Translations under genes and position numbers: made by a program
Shown here: positions 18,318 through 27,880 of the stretch, one piece after another
Layout of the letters: every line of letters starts with the position of its first letter
Numbering within the stretch: the stretch's first letter is position 1
The notes under the pieces: model-generated
What the model saw: the letters and a program-made list of their open reading frames with translations, nothing else
Told to the model about the DNA's origin: nothing
Databases searched by the model: none
Source of the DNA: an uncultured Bacteroidales bacterium
GTDB taxonomy: Bacteria; Bacteroidota; Bacteroidia; Bacteroidales; S143-33
Reading direction: 5' to 3'
NCBI GenBank assembly: GCA_964637235.1
Contig: CAZWVR010000005.1
Location: 1-48,226 of the forward strand
Length of the DNA: 48,226 bases

Positions 18318-19421
18318 TTAACGTTCTATTTCGGGTGGGCATGTACCCAGACTATTCATAATAACCGAAACATCGGCAATATTTTGCCCGACAAGTAAAT
18401 TTTCCAAGAGAGTTATTGCGTGTACGTAAGCAGGACCTTTAACGTGTACTCGTCTTGGATGTGTAGAACCATCGCTTACTACGTAATAAGCAAATTCACC
18501 TCTTGCAGATTCAGTTTTTACGAAGGCTTCTCCTGGAGGAAGTGCCCATTTATGCGGATTAGGTATTTTATTGTAATATTCGCCAGAAGGCATTTGTTCT
18601 AAGACTTGCCTAACAATATTTATTGATTGTCTGATTTCGAATCTTCTTATAAGAGCTCTTGTCCATACATCTCCGCCTTTAAAGGCTGGCACTTCAAATT
18701 TTAGCTTATCATAAACTTCGTAGGGTTCATCTATTCTGACATCACTTCTTATTCCACAAGCACGTAGAGGAGGTCCTACAACGCCCCATTCAATAGCTTT
18801 TTCAGGGTCAATAACGCCGATGCCTTGTGTTCTTTTTTGGAATATTGCATTGTCAAACATTAATCTGTCGTAATCGTCAAGTCTTTTTTCCAAGTAATCC
18901 ATTACTCTGAAAGCTTTATCTTTAAATCCTTTTGGAAGGTCTCGTCTTACGCCACCTGGCCATATATACATATGATAGACACGTCCACCTGTAAGATCTT
19001 CAAATAGGTCAAGGATATAATTTCTATCGCCGATAGACCATTGACCCATAGTATATAGTCCAGTAGATGCTGCTTGTCCACCATACCAGAGGAGATAAGC
19101 TTGTATTCGTGAGAGTTCCAGTACTAATACACGAATATATTTAGCGCGTTCAGGGACTTCTCTTCCTTCAATTTCCTCCACTGCTCTGGCATAGTTTTCT
19201 TCATTTGGATCTGGTTCAGGAACGCAGATACGGCATACTATTGTGAAGCTTTGTAGCCAGTTGCGGCGTTCCATTAGTTTTTCAAAACCTCTATGTAGAT
19301 ACCCCACGTGAGTAGTGGCTTTAACAACAGTATCGCCTTCTACTTCAAGGCGTACCATCATATTACCGGTGATACCGGGGTGTTGGGGTCCTAAGTATAT
19401 TGTAGTTGCTTTTTTTCTCAT
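18318..19421 (-). CDS. MbsL/MbxL (NuoD-like) subunit, without a complete [NiFe] ligand set
   Basis: Motifs GPQHP, GYLHRGFEK, RICVPEPD, GGVRRDL, ESARGE and C-terminal CPPEIER. Confidence 0.9.
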   Translation of the reverse strand: MRKKATTIYLGPQHPGITGNMMVRLEVEGDTVVKATTHVGYLHRGFEKLMERRNWLQSFTIVCRICVPEPDPNEENYARAVEEIEGREVPERAKYIRVLVLELSRIQAYLLWYGGQAASTGLYTMGQWSIGDRNYILDLFEDLTGGRVYHMYIWPGGVRRDLPKGFKDKAFRVMDYLEKRLDDYDRLMFDNAIFQKRTQGIGVIDPEKAIEWGVVGPPLRACGIRSDVRIDEPYEVYDKLKFEVPAFKGGDVWTRALIRRFEIRQSINIVRQVLEQMPSGEYYNKIPNPHKWALPPGEAFVKTESARGEFAYYVVSDGSTHPRRVHVKGPAYVHAITLLENLLVGQNIADVSVIMNSLGTCPPEIER

Positions 19422-19984
19422 CGTGTATATTTCTTTGCAAATTCTGGTATTTCTTCACCTGTACGATTAGCAATAGTCTCACGGACATCTTGTGCGTCCT
19501 CTCTACCAGGACGAGTGAAGTATGTCCGTTTGACATAAGAGAGAGTATCAAAATCTTTACGCATTGGAGGTATGTCTTTCCAGTCTTCAAGTATAAATTC
19601 TCTTTCACCTACAAGACCATCAAATTCAATTCCGAACATTTCTCTTATTTCACGTTCATATGTATTTGCTTGTCTCCAAATATAGTCAATATTAGGAGCG
19701 ACAGGGTTATCTCTGTTGATATAGATTTTGTTAAGGATATTTATTTTATCTTTCGGCGACCAAGTGATATATACAAGTTCAAATTTATTGTCTTCTATCC
19801 AATCTACGCAAGAGATATGTGCCAGATGGATATATCCGAGTTTTTCTTTTTCATAAAGTAGTAATTGTTCAATTGTATCTTTATTTGTTTTTGCTATTAC
19901 TCTTTTATTTCGTTGGATTTTTAGCTCTACTTTGTCGCCGAATTTTTGTTTTATTTGCTCTATTAGAATGTTTTCTTTTTCCAT
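19418..19984 (-). CDS. MbsK/MbxK (NuoC-like) subunit
   Basis: Motifs YEREIREMFGIEF and PPMRKDF. Confidence 0.9.
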   Translation of the reverse strand: MEKENILIEQIKQKFGDKVELKIQRNKRVIAKTNKDTIEQLLLYEKEKLGYIHLAHISCVDWIEDNKFELVYITWSPKDKINILNKIYINRDNPVAPNIDYIWRQANTYEREIREMFGIEFDGLVGEREFILEDWKDIPPMRKDFDTLSYVKRTYFTRPGREDAQDVRETIANRTGEEIPEFAKKYTR

Positions 19985-19995
19985 AATTAGATTTT

Positions 19996-20541
19996 TTACC
20001 AGTTATAATCGGGCATTACCCAGTTATGAATAATTTTCTTTTGATTTTGCCTGTAGAATTCAAAGTTTTCTTTATAACGTTTCCATCCGTCAGCTCTACC
20101 TTCTTGAATAAGTTTTTGGAGTTTTACGAAGCCGGCTATAACAGCTTCTGGTCTTGGCATACAGCCGTTAATATATACATCTACAGGCAGGTACATATCT
20201 AAGCGATTTATTGTATTGTAGGAGTCCCAATACATACCGCCATTGATAGTGCAGGAACCAAACCCCATAACATATTTTGGATCTTGCATCTGTTCATAAA
20301 CTCTTATAACACGTTTGAGAGTTTTTGTAGCCAGATACCCGGTAATTAATAAAACATCGGCTTGTCTTGGAGTAGCGGCACCTCTGATACCGAAACGTTC
20401 GGCATCGTAGCGAGATGTCATTGTAGGGGGAATTTCTATTGCTCCACACCCTGTCCCGTATGCTAAAACAAATAGAGAGTTTTTACGGGCAAAGTTTTTA
20501 ATTATTTCAATTATGCTTTGTGAATATTTATCGTTAATCAT
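19996..20541 (-). CDS. MbsJ/MbxJ (NuoB-like) [4Fe-4S] subunit
   Basis: Motifs TGCGAIE, RYDAERFG, PRQAD, GSCTINGG and PVDVYINGCMPRPEA. Confidence 0.92.
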   Translation of the reverse strand: MINDKYSQSIIEIIKNFARKNSLFVLAYGTGCGAIEIPPTMTSRYDAERFGIRGAATPRQADVLLITGYLATKTLKRVIRVYEQMQDPKYVMGFGSCTINGGMYWDSYNTINRLDMYLPVDVYINGCMPRPEAVIAGFVKLQKLIQEGRADGWKRYKENFEFYRQNQKKIIHNWVMPDYNW

Positions 20542-20552
20542 TTTTCAAGATT

Positions 20553-21461
20553 TTAGAATATTGTTGCTTGAATTAAACCGATTAAGCCGAAAAATAGAGG
20601 CCAACCCCAGAAATATCTTACTGCCTGTTCAGTTCTAAATCTTGGAGAAACTATGCTCCAGAGAACGGGGTACATATAAACAGCAAAAGTTTTTAGTATG
20701 AGCGTTCCTAAGTTTGTAGCACCTGCCATAAAAAGATCTACAAATAGAGTGAGTTTAACAAAGGCGAATATAGAGCCACTTGTCATCATCAAACCGAGAT
20801 ATTTCCCTCCAAATTCAGAGATTGGTCCGGAAGCCAATTCAGCAGGGGCTCCAACAATATCAAAAGGCGAATATCTAAACATCCCTGGCAGTGTCATCAA
20901 AGCAGCTAAGAAAGCAAATGGAGAACTAAATAAAAACCATGTATGTTGTTGTTGCTGAATAGCTACTAAATCAGAGACTGATGTAGTTTTATATTGAATC
21001 ATTAAACTGATTAGAGCTATCACCCAAGGTATTTCAAATCCAACCATTTGGGTTAGCCCTCTGCTAACACCGATAGTAGAGTTAGGGTTTCCCGTTTGAC
21101 CAGCACCCAATGCCATACCCAAAGGTCCAAATACCATAAGGTAAAGTAATAAGACCAAGTCGCCATTAAAAGTCAAATTTGTAAAGAAGTGACTACCATA
21201 TACTATCGGAATAAACAATAGTGTAGTAATGGACATGGCAATTAACCATAGAGGTGCCAGATGTTGCATTATTCCATGATTGATGTTTGAAGTCTTTGCC
21301 CAAAGTTTAGTAACATCAATAAAGTTCTGATATATAGGAGGACCTACACGATTTTGTGCTCTTGCTATAATTTTTCTACGAATTCCGGCATAAGTCATTC
21401 CCACAATAAAGGCTATTAATGCCGATACAGTTGCACTTAATATTAATTTCCAGATTTCCAT
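20553..21461 (-). CDS. MbsM/MbxM (NuoH-like) membrane anchor subunit
   Basis: Motifs RKIIARAQNRVGPP, PFDI...ELASGPISEFGG and PRFR; multi-TM. Confidence 0.92.
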   Translation of the reverse strand: MEIWKLILSATVSALIAFIVGMTYAGIRRKIIARAQNRVGPPIYQNFIDVTKLWAKTSNINHGIMQHLAPLWLIAMSITTLLFIPIVYGSHFFTNLTFNGDLVLLLYLMVFGPLGMALGAGQTGNPNSTIGVSRGLTQMVGFEIPWVIALISLMIQYKTTSVSDLVAIQQQQHTWFLFSSPFAFLAALMTLPGMFRYSPFDIVGAPAELASGPISEFGGKYLGLMMTSGSIFAFVKLTLFVDLFMAGATNLGTLILKTFAVYMYPVLWSIVSPRFRTEQAVRYFWGWPLFFGLIGLIQATIF

Positions 21462-21473
21462 TGTTCTTTATTT

Positions 21474-23309
21474 TTATAGGAAAAGATTTTTTAGCAGAAA
21501 CAAAATAGTTAAAAATATAACCACATAAGTGGCATAAGTTTGAGTATTACCGTTGTATATACGGCGTAAGAATTGGAAAAAGTCTTCCAGTCCAGTAGCT
21601 ATTTCATTGTAAAATTTAGATATTTTGTATTTTAATATTGGTCCTAATGCTCTTTGAAATGGACGATAAAAATCTACGGAATAGTGATAATTATCATCAG
21701 GACGAACAGGCTCACCTGCATTAGCAATATCTTTTGTAGTAACGTAGCGTGTATTTTTCCGTCCGTAAAAAGTGATTATAATCAAAAATAGAATGAATAC
21801 AGAAGCTAATGTAATAATAGTTGTTTTTAACCATATACTATTGTGCCACTCGTTTGTCAATACAGAAATTTTATAAGTAATATCAGTGAAGCCCAAATCA
21901 CCCATAGCATTTGCTATTGGTTTAAAAATCAGTCCAGGGAATGTACCTAATACTATTAGCGTAATAGCAATCAAAAGCATTGGGACTACCATTAATGGGT
22001 GAGCTTCTTTTACGTTTTCAAATTCTTTTTCTTCTTGACCTAAGAATATCCCAAATAGAAATCTAAAACTGTAAAGAAAGGCAGCTGTTGAAGATAAGAA
22101 AATTAGGATTACTAAATATACATGTCCTGATGTTATTAAAGATTCATAAAGCATCCATTTACCTACAAAGCCAGCTAATGGAGGCACTCCTGCCAGTGCA
22201 ATTATAGATATCAACGCGGCAAAGAAGGTATATGGCATTTTACGAATTAAACCTCTGAGTTCATTGAAATCAGTTGTTCCAGTTTGTTTTTCCACTGCAC
22301 CGGCTACCATAAAAAGATTTGCTTTGAACAGACCATGCATAAGTGCTAAAAATATTCCTGCAAAAATACTTAATTTAGTACCTATACCTAAACCTGTAAT
22401 AATATAACCGAGCTGTCCAATAGATGAATATGCAAGCAGTTTTCGGATATCATCTTGGAATATAGCATAGAATGTTGCTAAAACAGCAGTTATAGCACCG
22501 AACCAAGCTAATATAACACTACCAGTATGCAAACCTGAGTGGTTAAACATATTTATTGCTACAAATCCAATACCGTAGATACCCATCTTTGAGAGAGCCC
22601 CTGAAAATACATCTGTATATGCCATAGGAGCATTTGAATATGCATCAGGAGCCCATACATGCAGTGGCATCATAGCACTTTTTACTGCAAAGCCGGTTAG
22701 GAGCAATAATCCAATCAATAGTTGCATTCCGAGAGATAGGTTCGGAAATGCAGTGAAAAATTGTTCTATGTATAGAGTGCCTGTAAGTTTATTTATTAGT
22801 ACAATTCCCATAAACATAGAATATGCTCCTAATGCGCTGAATATCATATATTTCAATCCTGCTTGGTCAACATTCCTACCATTGTATATAACTAATAGAT
22901 ATGAAGACCATGTCATTATTTCCCAAAAGAAAAATAATGAGACAAAGTCTTTACTTACTAAAATTCCCAGCATTGCCCCAATAGAAAGCAGAAAATTAAA
23001 GAAAAACCAAGCTTGTCTATATTTGCTTTCCTTTTTCATATAAGGGATAGCATATAACAAAGCCAAAGACGCTAAAACAACAATTAAAATAGCAAAAATC
23101 CATGAATAGTCAGTAAATTCCCAACCTAAGGATAAATGTATTAATGAAAAATTAAATTCAGAGAATCTTACAGTGAAAAAATAAATGGGCAATGCTAACG
23201 CTTCTATCAATACAATTATTTGTCCCAATAATTTATTTAATACAAATGCGATATATGTAATTACGGCTCCTGCAAAAAGCATTAAAAGTAGTAAAACAAT
23301 AGTGTTCAT
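21474..23309 (-). CDS. MbsH'/MrpA-D-like ion-translocating subunit with C-terminal lateral-helix region
   Basis: Motifs FFWE, PLHVWAPDAY, SKMG, LLAYSSIGQLG and GVPPLAGFVGKW; extended C-terminus with GNTQTY plus a TM. Confidence 0.88.
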   Translation of the reverse strand: MNTIVLLLLMLFAGAVITYIAFVLNKLLGQIIVLIEALALPIYFFTVRFSEFNFSLIHLSLGWEFTDYSWIFAILIVVLASLALLYAIPYMKKESKYRQAWFFFNFLLSIGAMLGILVSKDFVSLFFFWEIMTWSSYLLVIYNGRNVDQAGLKYMIFSALGAYSMFMGIVLINKLTGTLYIEQFFTAFPNLSLGMQLLIGLLLLTGFAVKSAMMPLHVWAPDAYSNAPMAYTDVFSGALSKMGIYGIGFVAINMFNHSGLHTGSVILAWFGAITAVLATFYAIFQDDIRKLLAYSSIGQLGYIITGLGIGTKLSIFAGIFLALMHGLFKANLFMVAGAVEKQTGTTDFNELRGLIRKMPYTFFAALISIIALAGVPPLAGFVGKWMLYESLITSGHVYLVILIFLSSTAAFLYSFRFLFGIFLGQEEKEFENVKEAHPLMVVPMLLIAITLIVLGTFPGLIFKPIANAMGDLGFTDITYKISVLTNEWHNSIWLKTTIITLASVFILFLIIITFYGRKNTRYVTTKDIANAGEPVRPDDNYHYSVDFYRPFQRALGPILKYKISKFYNEIATGLEDFFQFLRRIYNGNTQTYATYVVIFLTILFLLKNLFL

Positions 23310-23321
23310 TTGAATCTTTTT

Positions 23322-24806
23322 TTAATTTAAACCTAAGTTTGGCAAAACGCTGTGAATATAATTTTGCTTATCTATTAAGGCATCAGTAGCCTGTTGAATA
23401 TATGAAGTGATTAAATCAGGATAAAGACCTACAACTATAATTGTCAATCCTAAGATAAGCATAGCAGCCATAGCATTCCAGCGGGGTTTTTGTACTTGAT
23501 ATTTTCCGGTATATTCTCTAAAATATAATCTGTGAATCACTCTGAAGTAATAAACTATTTCCACAATGCTGACAGAGAGTATCAAAGCTAATAGAACTAC
23601 CATACCTTTATTAGCAGTAGCCATTAACAGATATAATTTACCCCAGAAGCCAGAGAAAGGAGGCAATCCTACAATAGCGAAAGCTCCCAGAGAAAATAAC
23701 AAAGCAGTTAATGGCATTTGTTTGCCCATACCCTCTAAATCGCTGATATATTTTACTTTTGAGTTATATACCAAGAAACTGGCAGAAAGGAATAATAGAG
23801 ATTTAATGACAGCATGATTAAATAAAACAAATAAACCTGCAAAAATTCCCAATTGAGTATTTAATCCGAAAGCAATCATAATTAAGCCAATCTGCCCTAT
23901 ACTAGAATATGCTAACATTCTTTTAATTTTTTCTTGTCTAAGCGCTATTGTTTCAGCAAAAACCAGTGTTATGACGCCCATAATTAGCAAAGTCTTATAG
24001 GCAGAAGATATATCAAAGAGGGTATAAATCATTCTAATTAGGGCGTATAGACCAGCCTTTGAAGTCATAGCTGCAAATACAGAACCAATAGGTCCGGGAG
24101 CTTGTGAGTAAGCATCGGGAGCCCAGCCATTTAATGGGAACATTTCGGCTTCGATGCCAAAGCCTACAAATAATAATATGAAAATCAGAACTTTTAGTTT
24201 CGGAGGTATTTTGTCAATATTTGCAGCAATATCAGCCATGTTTAAAGTTCCTAAATGACCATAAATCAATGCAATTCCCAGAAGAATAAACACAGAGGAG
24301 AAACTCCCGACAATAAGATATTTAAATGCAGCTTCGGCACCATCTCTTCCGCGATAAAAAGCTGTTAGAGAATAAGCACTGATTGAAGTTATTTCCAAAA
24401 ATACGAACTGGTTGAAAATATCACCAGTAATTACTACGCCGATACTTCCTGCTACAATTAGCATTAGTAATACAAAGTATTTAACGGCATTGTCAAATTC
24501 TACCTTTTTGAATAAATAGCTATATGCCCATACCAAAAATGCCAGAAGTGATATTACAGTAGCAATAAATCCACTGAAAGGCGTAAACATCAGATTGATA
24601 CCCAAAGGAGGTGCCCAACCTGCTATCTCTGTAATAATGGGTTTATCTACGCTGGTTTGCATGAGTAAAACTACTGCATTGACCGCCAAGTATGCGAATA
24701 ATAAACCGGGAATTATTCTAATTAAACTTTTGTGTATTTTGCCAAATAATGGCAACAAAAAAGCGGTCAATAACGGCAATGCTATAAAATAAATTGGACT
24801 TACCAT
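23322..24806 (-). CDS. MbsH/MrpD-like ion-translocating subunit
   Basis: Motifs GWAPPLGI, TGDIFN..VFLE, EAAFKY, WAPDAY, KRMLAYSS and GLPPFSGFWGK. Confidence 0.9.
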   Translation of the reverse strand: MVSPIYFIALPLLTAFLLPLFGKIHKSLIRIIPGLLFAYLAVNAVVLLMQTSVDKPIITEIAGWAPPLGINLMFTPFSGFIATVISLLAFLVWAYSYLFKKVEFDNAVKYFVLLMLIVAGSIGVVITGDIFNQFVFLEITSISAYSLTAFYRGRDGAEAAFKYLIVGSFSSVFILLGIALIYGHLGTLNMADIAANIDKIPPKLKVLIFILLFVGFGIEAEMFPLNGWAPDAYSQAPGPIGSVFAAMTSKAGLYALIRMIYTLFDISSAYKTLLIMGVITLVFAETIALRQEKIKRMLAYSSIGQIGLIMIAFGLNTQLGIFAGLFVLFNHAVIKSLLFLSASFLVYNSKVKYISDLEGMGKQMPLTALLFSLGAFAIVGLPPFSGFWGKLYLLMATANKGMVVLLALILSVSIVEIVYYFRVIHRLYFREYTGKYQVQKPRWNAMAAMLILGLTIIVVGLYPDLITSYIQQATDALIDKQNYIHSVLPNLGLN

Positions 24807-25192
24807 TTTAGATTTTTTATTTCGTCAATATTTGTTGTATTATGATGTCTGTATAGACGCACAATAAGAGCTAATCCTACGGCTGTTACACCAAAACCGA
24901 TGACAATAGCCGTAAGAACGAGAGCCTGAGGAACGGGATCTACCATCTGTACACTTATACCTTTGTGGATTTTCTCCATAATTGATGGAGAAAAAATGGG
25001 TGCTGTACCGTTATTTATGTATCCTATCGAAATCAATAATAGATTTACACCAGAATCTACAATGGAGAATGAAAGCATAATTTTTATTAAATTCTTTTTA
25101 GTAAGCACCCCATAAAAACCTATCATTATTAACAGAAGCGAAGTACCATAAAAAGTATAAGTAAGTATCTGATTTATAGTTAATTCACTCAT
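24800..25192 (-). CDS. MbsG/MrpC (MnhC) subunit
   Basis: Motifs KNLIK and DPVPQALVLTAIVIG. Confidence 0.93.
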   Translation of the reverse strand: MSELTINQILTYTFYGTSLLLIMIGFYGVLTKKNLIKIMLSFSIVDSGVNLLLISIGYINNGTAPIFSPSIMEKIHKGISVQMVDPVPQALVLTAIVIGFGVTAVGLALIVRLYRHHNTTNIDEIKNLKW

Positions 25193-25925
25193 TATTATTA
25201 TTTTTAGAATTGGTATTTACATCGACAGAAATGGACAAAAGAGTATCCAATATACCAGTAAGTTCTGCTGCAACTTTAAATCCGACTGCAATGTATATCA
25301 ATGGGATAATACCACCGCTGAGTAAATCATTAAGTTTCCCGGTAAGCATAAAGTTTTCAAGAAAGTCTTTACCAAGTATCAAACCCATTATACCTAATCC
25401 TGCAAAAGTAGCTCCTGCTAATGATTCAATCCAAGTGATAGTATTATGTTTTACAGCAAATTTTCTATATGCTATTAAAAGGAATAGGTATCCTGTAGCA
25501 ATAATTACACCACCTTGAAAACCTCCACCGGGTGTTAAGTGTCCGTGAATGAATACATAGCCTCCTAATAAAATCATCAGAGGGAATAGAGCTTTACCTG
25601 CAACCTGAACTATCCTACTTGCCTGAACAGAACGACGTCTTGGGTTAAGTTCTGTGTGAATTTCTCTACGACGAAATAATATACTTGCTAATCCTGTTGA
25701 AGCTAAGAATAGTACAGTTACTTCTCCTAAGGTATCAAAACCTCTATAATTTACTACTACTGCCGTCACTACATTAGCTACTTGTAAATCTTTGGGAGTT
25801 TTTTCTATATAAGCTTTTGCTACGTTCATTCTATTTTTTCCAAATTGCACACTTAAAAATCCTCCTATTAGAATGAAAAAGATATAAGCAAGTAGGATAA
25901 ATATTATAACCCCTTTTAGTTTCAT
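25185..25925 (-). CDS. MbsE/MrpB (MnhB) subunit
   Basis: Motifs NVVTAVVVNYRGFDTLGE and GHLTPGGGFQGG. Confidence 0.93.
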   Translation of the reverse strand: MKLKGVIIFILLAYIFFILIGGFLSVQFGKNRMNVAKAYIEKTPKDLQVANVVTAVVVNYRGFDTLGEVTVLFLASTGLASILFRRREIHTELNPRRRSVQASRIVQVAGKALFPLMILLGGYVFIHGHLTPGGGFQGGVIIATGYLFLLIAYRKFAVKHNTITWIESLAGATFAGLGIMGLILGKDFLENFMLTGKLNDLLSGGIIPLIYIAVGFKVAAELTGILDTLLSISVDVNTNSKNNNNE

Positions 25926-25940
25926 TTGATAAAATTTTTA

Positions 25941-26192
25941 TTATTCTTCTTCTCGTTTAGTGTTTTTGATAGTAACTACAAAAATAATAGTAGTCAGAGC
26001 TACACCTATTGCAGCTTCGGTTAAAGCAACATCTGGTGCCTGTAAAACGAAATAGAAAGCCGACAGTATTAGACTAATGATAGAACTTGCAATAGTTGCT
26101 ACCAGTAAGTCTTTATGGCTCACTACATAAATGGAGACGATTATTAAAATCAAGGCACCAATTATAATTAGAGCGGTCAATAACGTTGTCAT
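25941..26192 (-). CDS. MbsD (DUF4040, MnhB-related) small subunit
   Basis: Motif QAPDVALTEAAIG; 3 TM. Confidence 0.9.
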   Translation of the reverse strand: MTTLLTALIIIGALILIIVSIYVVSHKDLLVATIASSIISLILSAFYFVLQAPDVALTEAAIGVALTTIIFVVTIKNTKREEE

Positions 26193-26533
26193 TGTTTATT
26201 ATTTTTAGGATTATCAACTTCTTCGTATGCATCGGTTATTTTTACTTTTGGTTTAATACCAGCCCGATGCGAACCTCTTGCAATAGCGTGGGAGCTTATT
26301 GGATTAGAGAGTGCTATAAACAGAATTATGATAAAAAGCTTAAAGAACCAATCTGGTTGCAAAAGAGCTACTCCAAATATTAAACTCATAGCACCCATAG
26401 TAGAAGCTTTGGTGCCTGCTTGTAAACGGGAGTATATATCAGGCATTCTTAGTATTCCCAAAGCTCCTAAAAAGAGAAATATTGCTCCCAATACAATGAA
26501 AAATGAACCTAAGTATGTAAGTATTGTATTCAT
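26189..26533 (-). CDS. MbsC/MrpG (MnhG) subunit
   Basis: Motifs GILRMPDIYSRLQAGTK and PISSHAIAR. Confidence 0.93.
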   Translation of the reverse strand: MNTILTYLGSFFIVLGAIFLFLGALGILRMPDIYSRLQAGTKASTMGAMSLIFGVALLQPDWFFKLFIIILFIALSNPISSHAIARGSHRAGIKPKVKITDAYEEVDNPKNNKQ

Positions 26534-26534
26534 A

Positions 26535-26807
26535 TTAAACCCCTCCTTCTAAATATCTTGCAATTACAACTATCCCTAAGAAGCCTAAGGCTGCATATAT
26601 CAGAGATACATCAACATAGATGAAACGTTGGAAAATATATCCGAATAGGATAAGCCCACCGATGATAGTAACAGACATTGTATCGGTAGCGACAACTCTA
26701 TCGGAGGCTTCTGGCCCTTTCATAAATCTTATAAATGCCAGAATGATCCCAATTCCTATTAGTACCAGTGCTGTATAAACAGAGTATTGAACTACAATGT
26801 TTTCCAT
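26535..26807 (-). CDS. MbsB/MrpF (MnhF) subunit
   Basis: Motifs GPEASDRVVATD and ARYL. Confidence 0.92.
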   Translation of the reverse strand: MENIVVQYSVYTALVLIGIGIILAFIRFMKGPEASDRVVATDTMSVTIIGGLILFGYIFQRFIYVDVSLIYAALGFLGIVVIARYLEGGV

Positions 26808-26817
26808 AGTATATTTT

Positions 26818-27360
26818 TTATTGATAGATTTTCAATAGTATTTTTTCAAAAGGATAAGCTATTTCTTTGTAAACTTCTTCAGGATCTGTTGCTTCTACTG
26901 TAAGCCAGTGAATGTAAAATCTATTTTCTACAATATCCACGGTAAATGTTCCGGGAGTTAGAGTGATACTATTTGCCAGAATCATTTTTGCAAAATCAGA
27001 GTTTAATTTGCTTTCAAATTCCACTATACCGGGATTGATAGGTAGTTTGGGATTTATAACTATCATTGCTACGTGAAAATTAGCTTTTATCAATGCCCAT
27101 AAGAATACGAAAATATATTCAACGATATATAACAATCTTTTGGGTGAAAGATTAGCTAAGCCGAGAGATGTGAAAGTTTTATATCCATATATTGCAATAA
27201 TAAAGCTTACTACTACTCCCATAACTACCTCTTGCAAGGCAAAAGTAGAAGTAAAGGCGAGCCATATTAAAAAGATAAATAAAAAAGTGAACAAGAATTT
27301 ACTAATAAGACTCGCATTTGTTTTTGCCTCTGCTTGTGATACTGTGTTTTTTTCTGTCAT
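26818..27360 (-). CDS. MbsA/MrpE (MnhE) subunit
   Basis: Motifs KANFHVA, INPGIV, ANSITLTPGT and YIHWL. Confidence 0.93.
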   Translation of the reverse strand: MTEKNTVSQAEAKTNASLISKFLFTFLFIFLIWLAFTSTFALQEVVMGVVVSFIIAIYGYKTFTSLGLANLSPKRLLYIVEYIFVFLWALIKANFHVAMIVINPKLPINPGIVEFESKLNSDFAKMILANSITLTPGTFTVDIVENRFYIHWLTVEATDPEEVYKEIAYPFEKILLKIYQ

Positions 27361-27362
27361 AG

Positions 27363-27641
27363 TTAACGCTTTATGTTGAAAGAATTAAATTCTTTATATT
27401 GTATATCAGAGACTTCGACGTTAGAGATGTCTGCCAATTCTGGTCCTTTATTACAGTAATAGACAAGTTTTTCAAGTTTGTTTGGTTCTCCATATGCTTC
27501 AACATATACAGATCCATCTGGCATATTTTTAACATATCCTGTGATTCCTAATCTATTAGCTCGTTCCCATATATAATAGCGAAATCCAATTCCTTGTACT
27601 TTTGGACCTGTAATATGAATTTTAATGCCTTTTTTAGTCAT
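27363..27641 (-). CDS. acyP: Acylphosphatase
   Basis: Motifs VQGIGFR, GYVKNMPDGSV and GPELA. Its stop is 2 nt before the mrpE-like start. Confidence 0.92.
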   Translation of the reverse strand: MTKKGIKIHITGPKVQGIGFRYYIWERANRLGITGYVKNMPDGSVYVEAYGEPNKLEKLVYYCNKGPELADISNVEVSDIQYKEFNSFNIKR

Positions 27642-27880
27642 CTAAAATTTTTTACGCTGGACAAAATTTTTAAAAAATGAGAAAAAAAAAAATCTTGTTG
27701 AACATAAAATACGTTATTGCAAGATATATTAAAAATTTTTTTGGGTAAAAATTTGAAGATCAGTCGCTTATTAAGCAGTGTAAATCTCTATATTTATAGC
27801 TGATTAAAAAATAATATATAAGGAAAGTATTATTAGATTAAAATTGAGTAGATTTGAGACTAAGATTATGAGTATATAAA

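Noticed and set aside
16435-27360. Group 4 [NiFe] hydrogenase, canonical complex I, or stand-alone Mrp antiporter
   Set aside because: Subunit L lacks two Ni ligands and no maturation genes are present. NuoA/E/F/G are absent. The Mrp-like genes are contiguous with the redox module.
16664-27379. Many plus-strand ORFs antisense to the operon, and similar short antisense or alternative-frame ORFs elsewhere
   Set aside because: They overlap well-supported genes and show no recognisable motifs.
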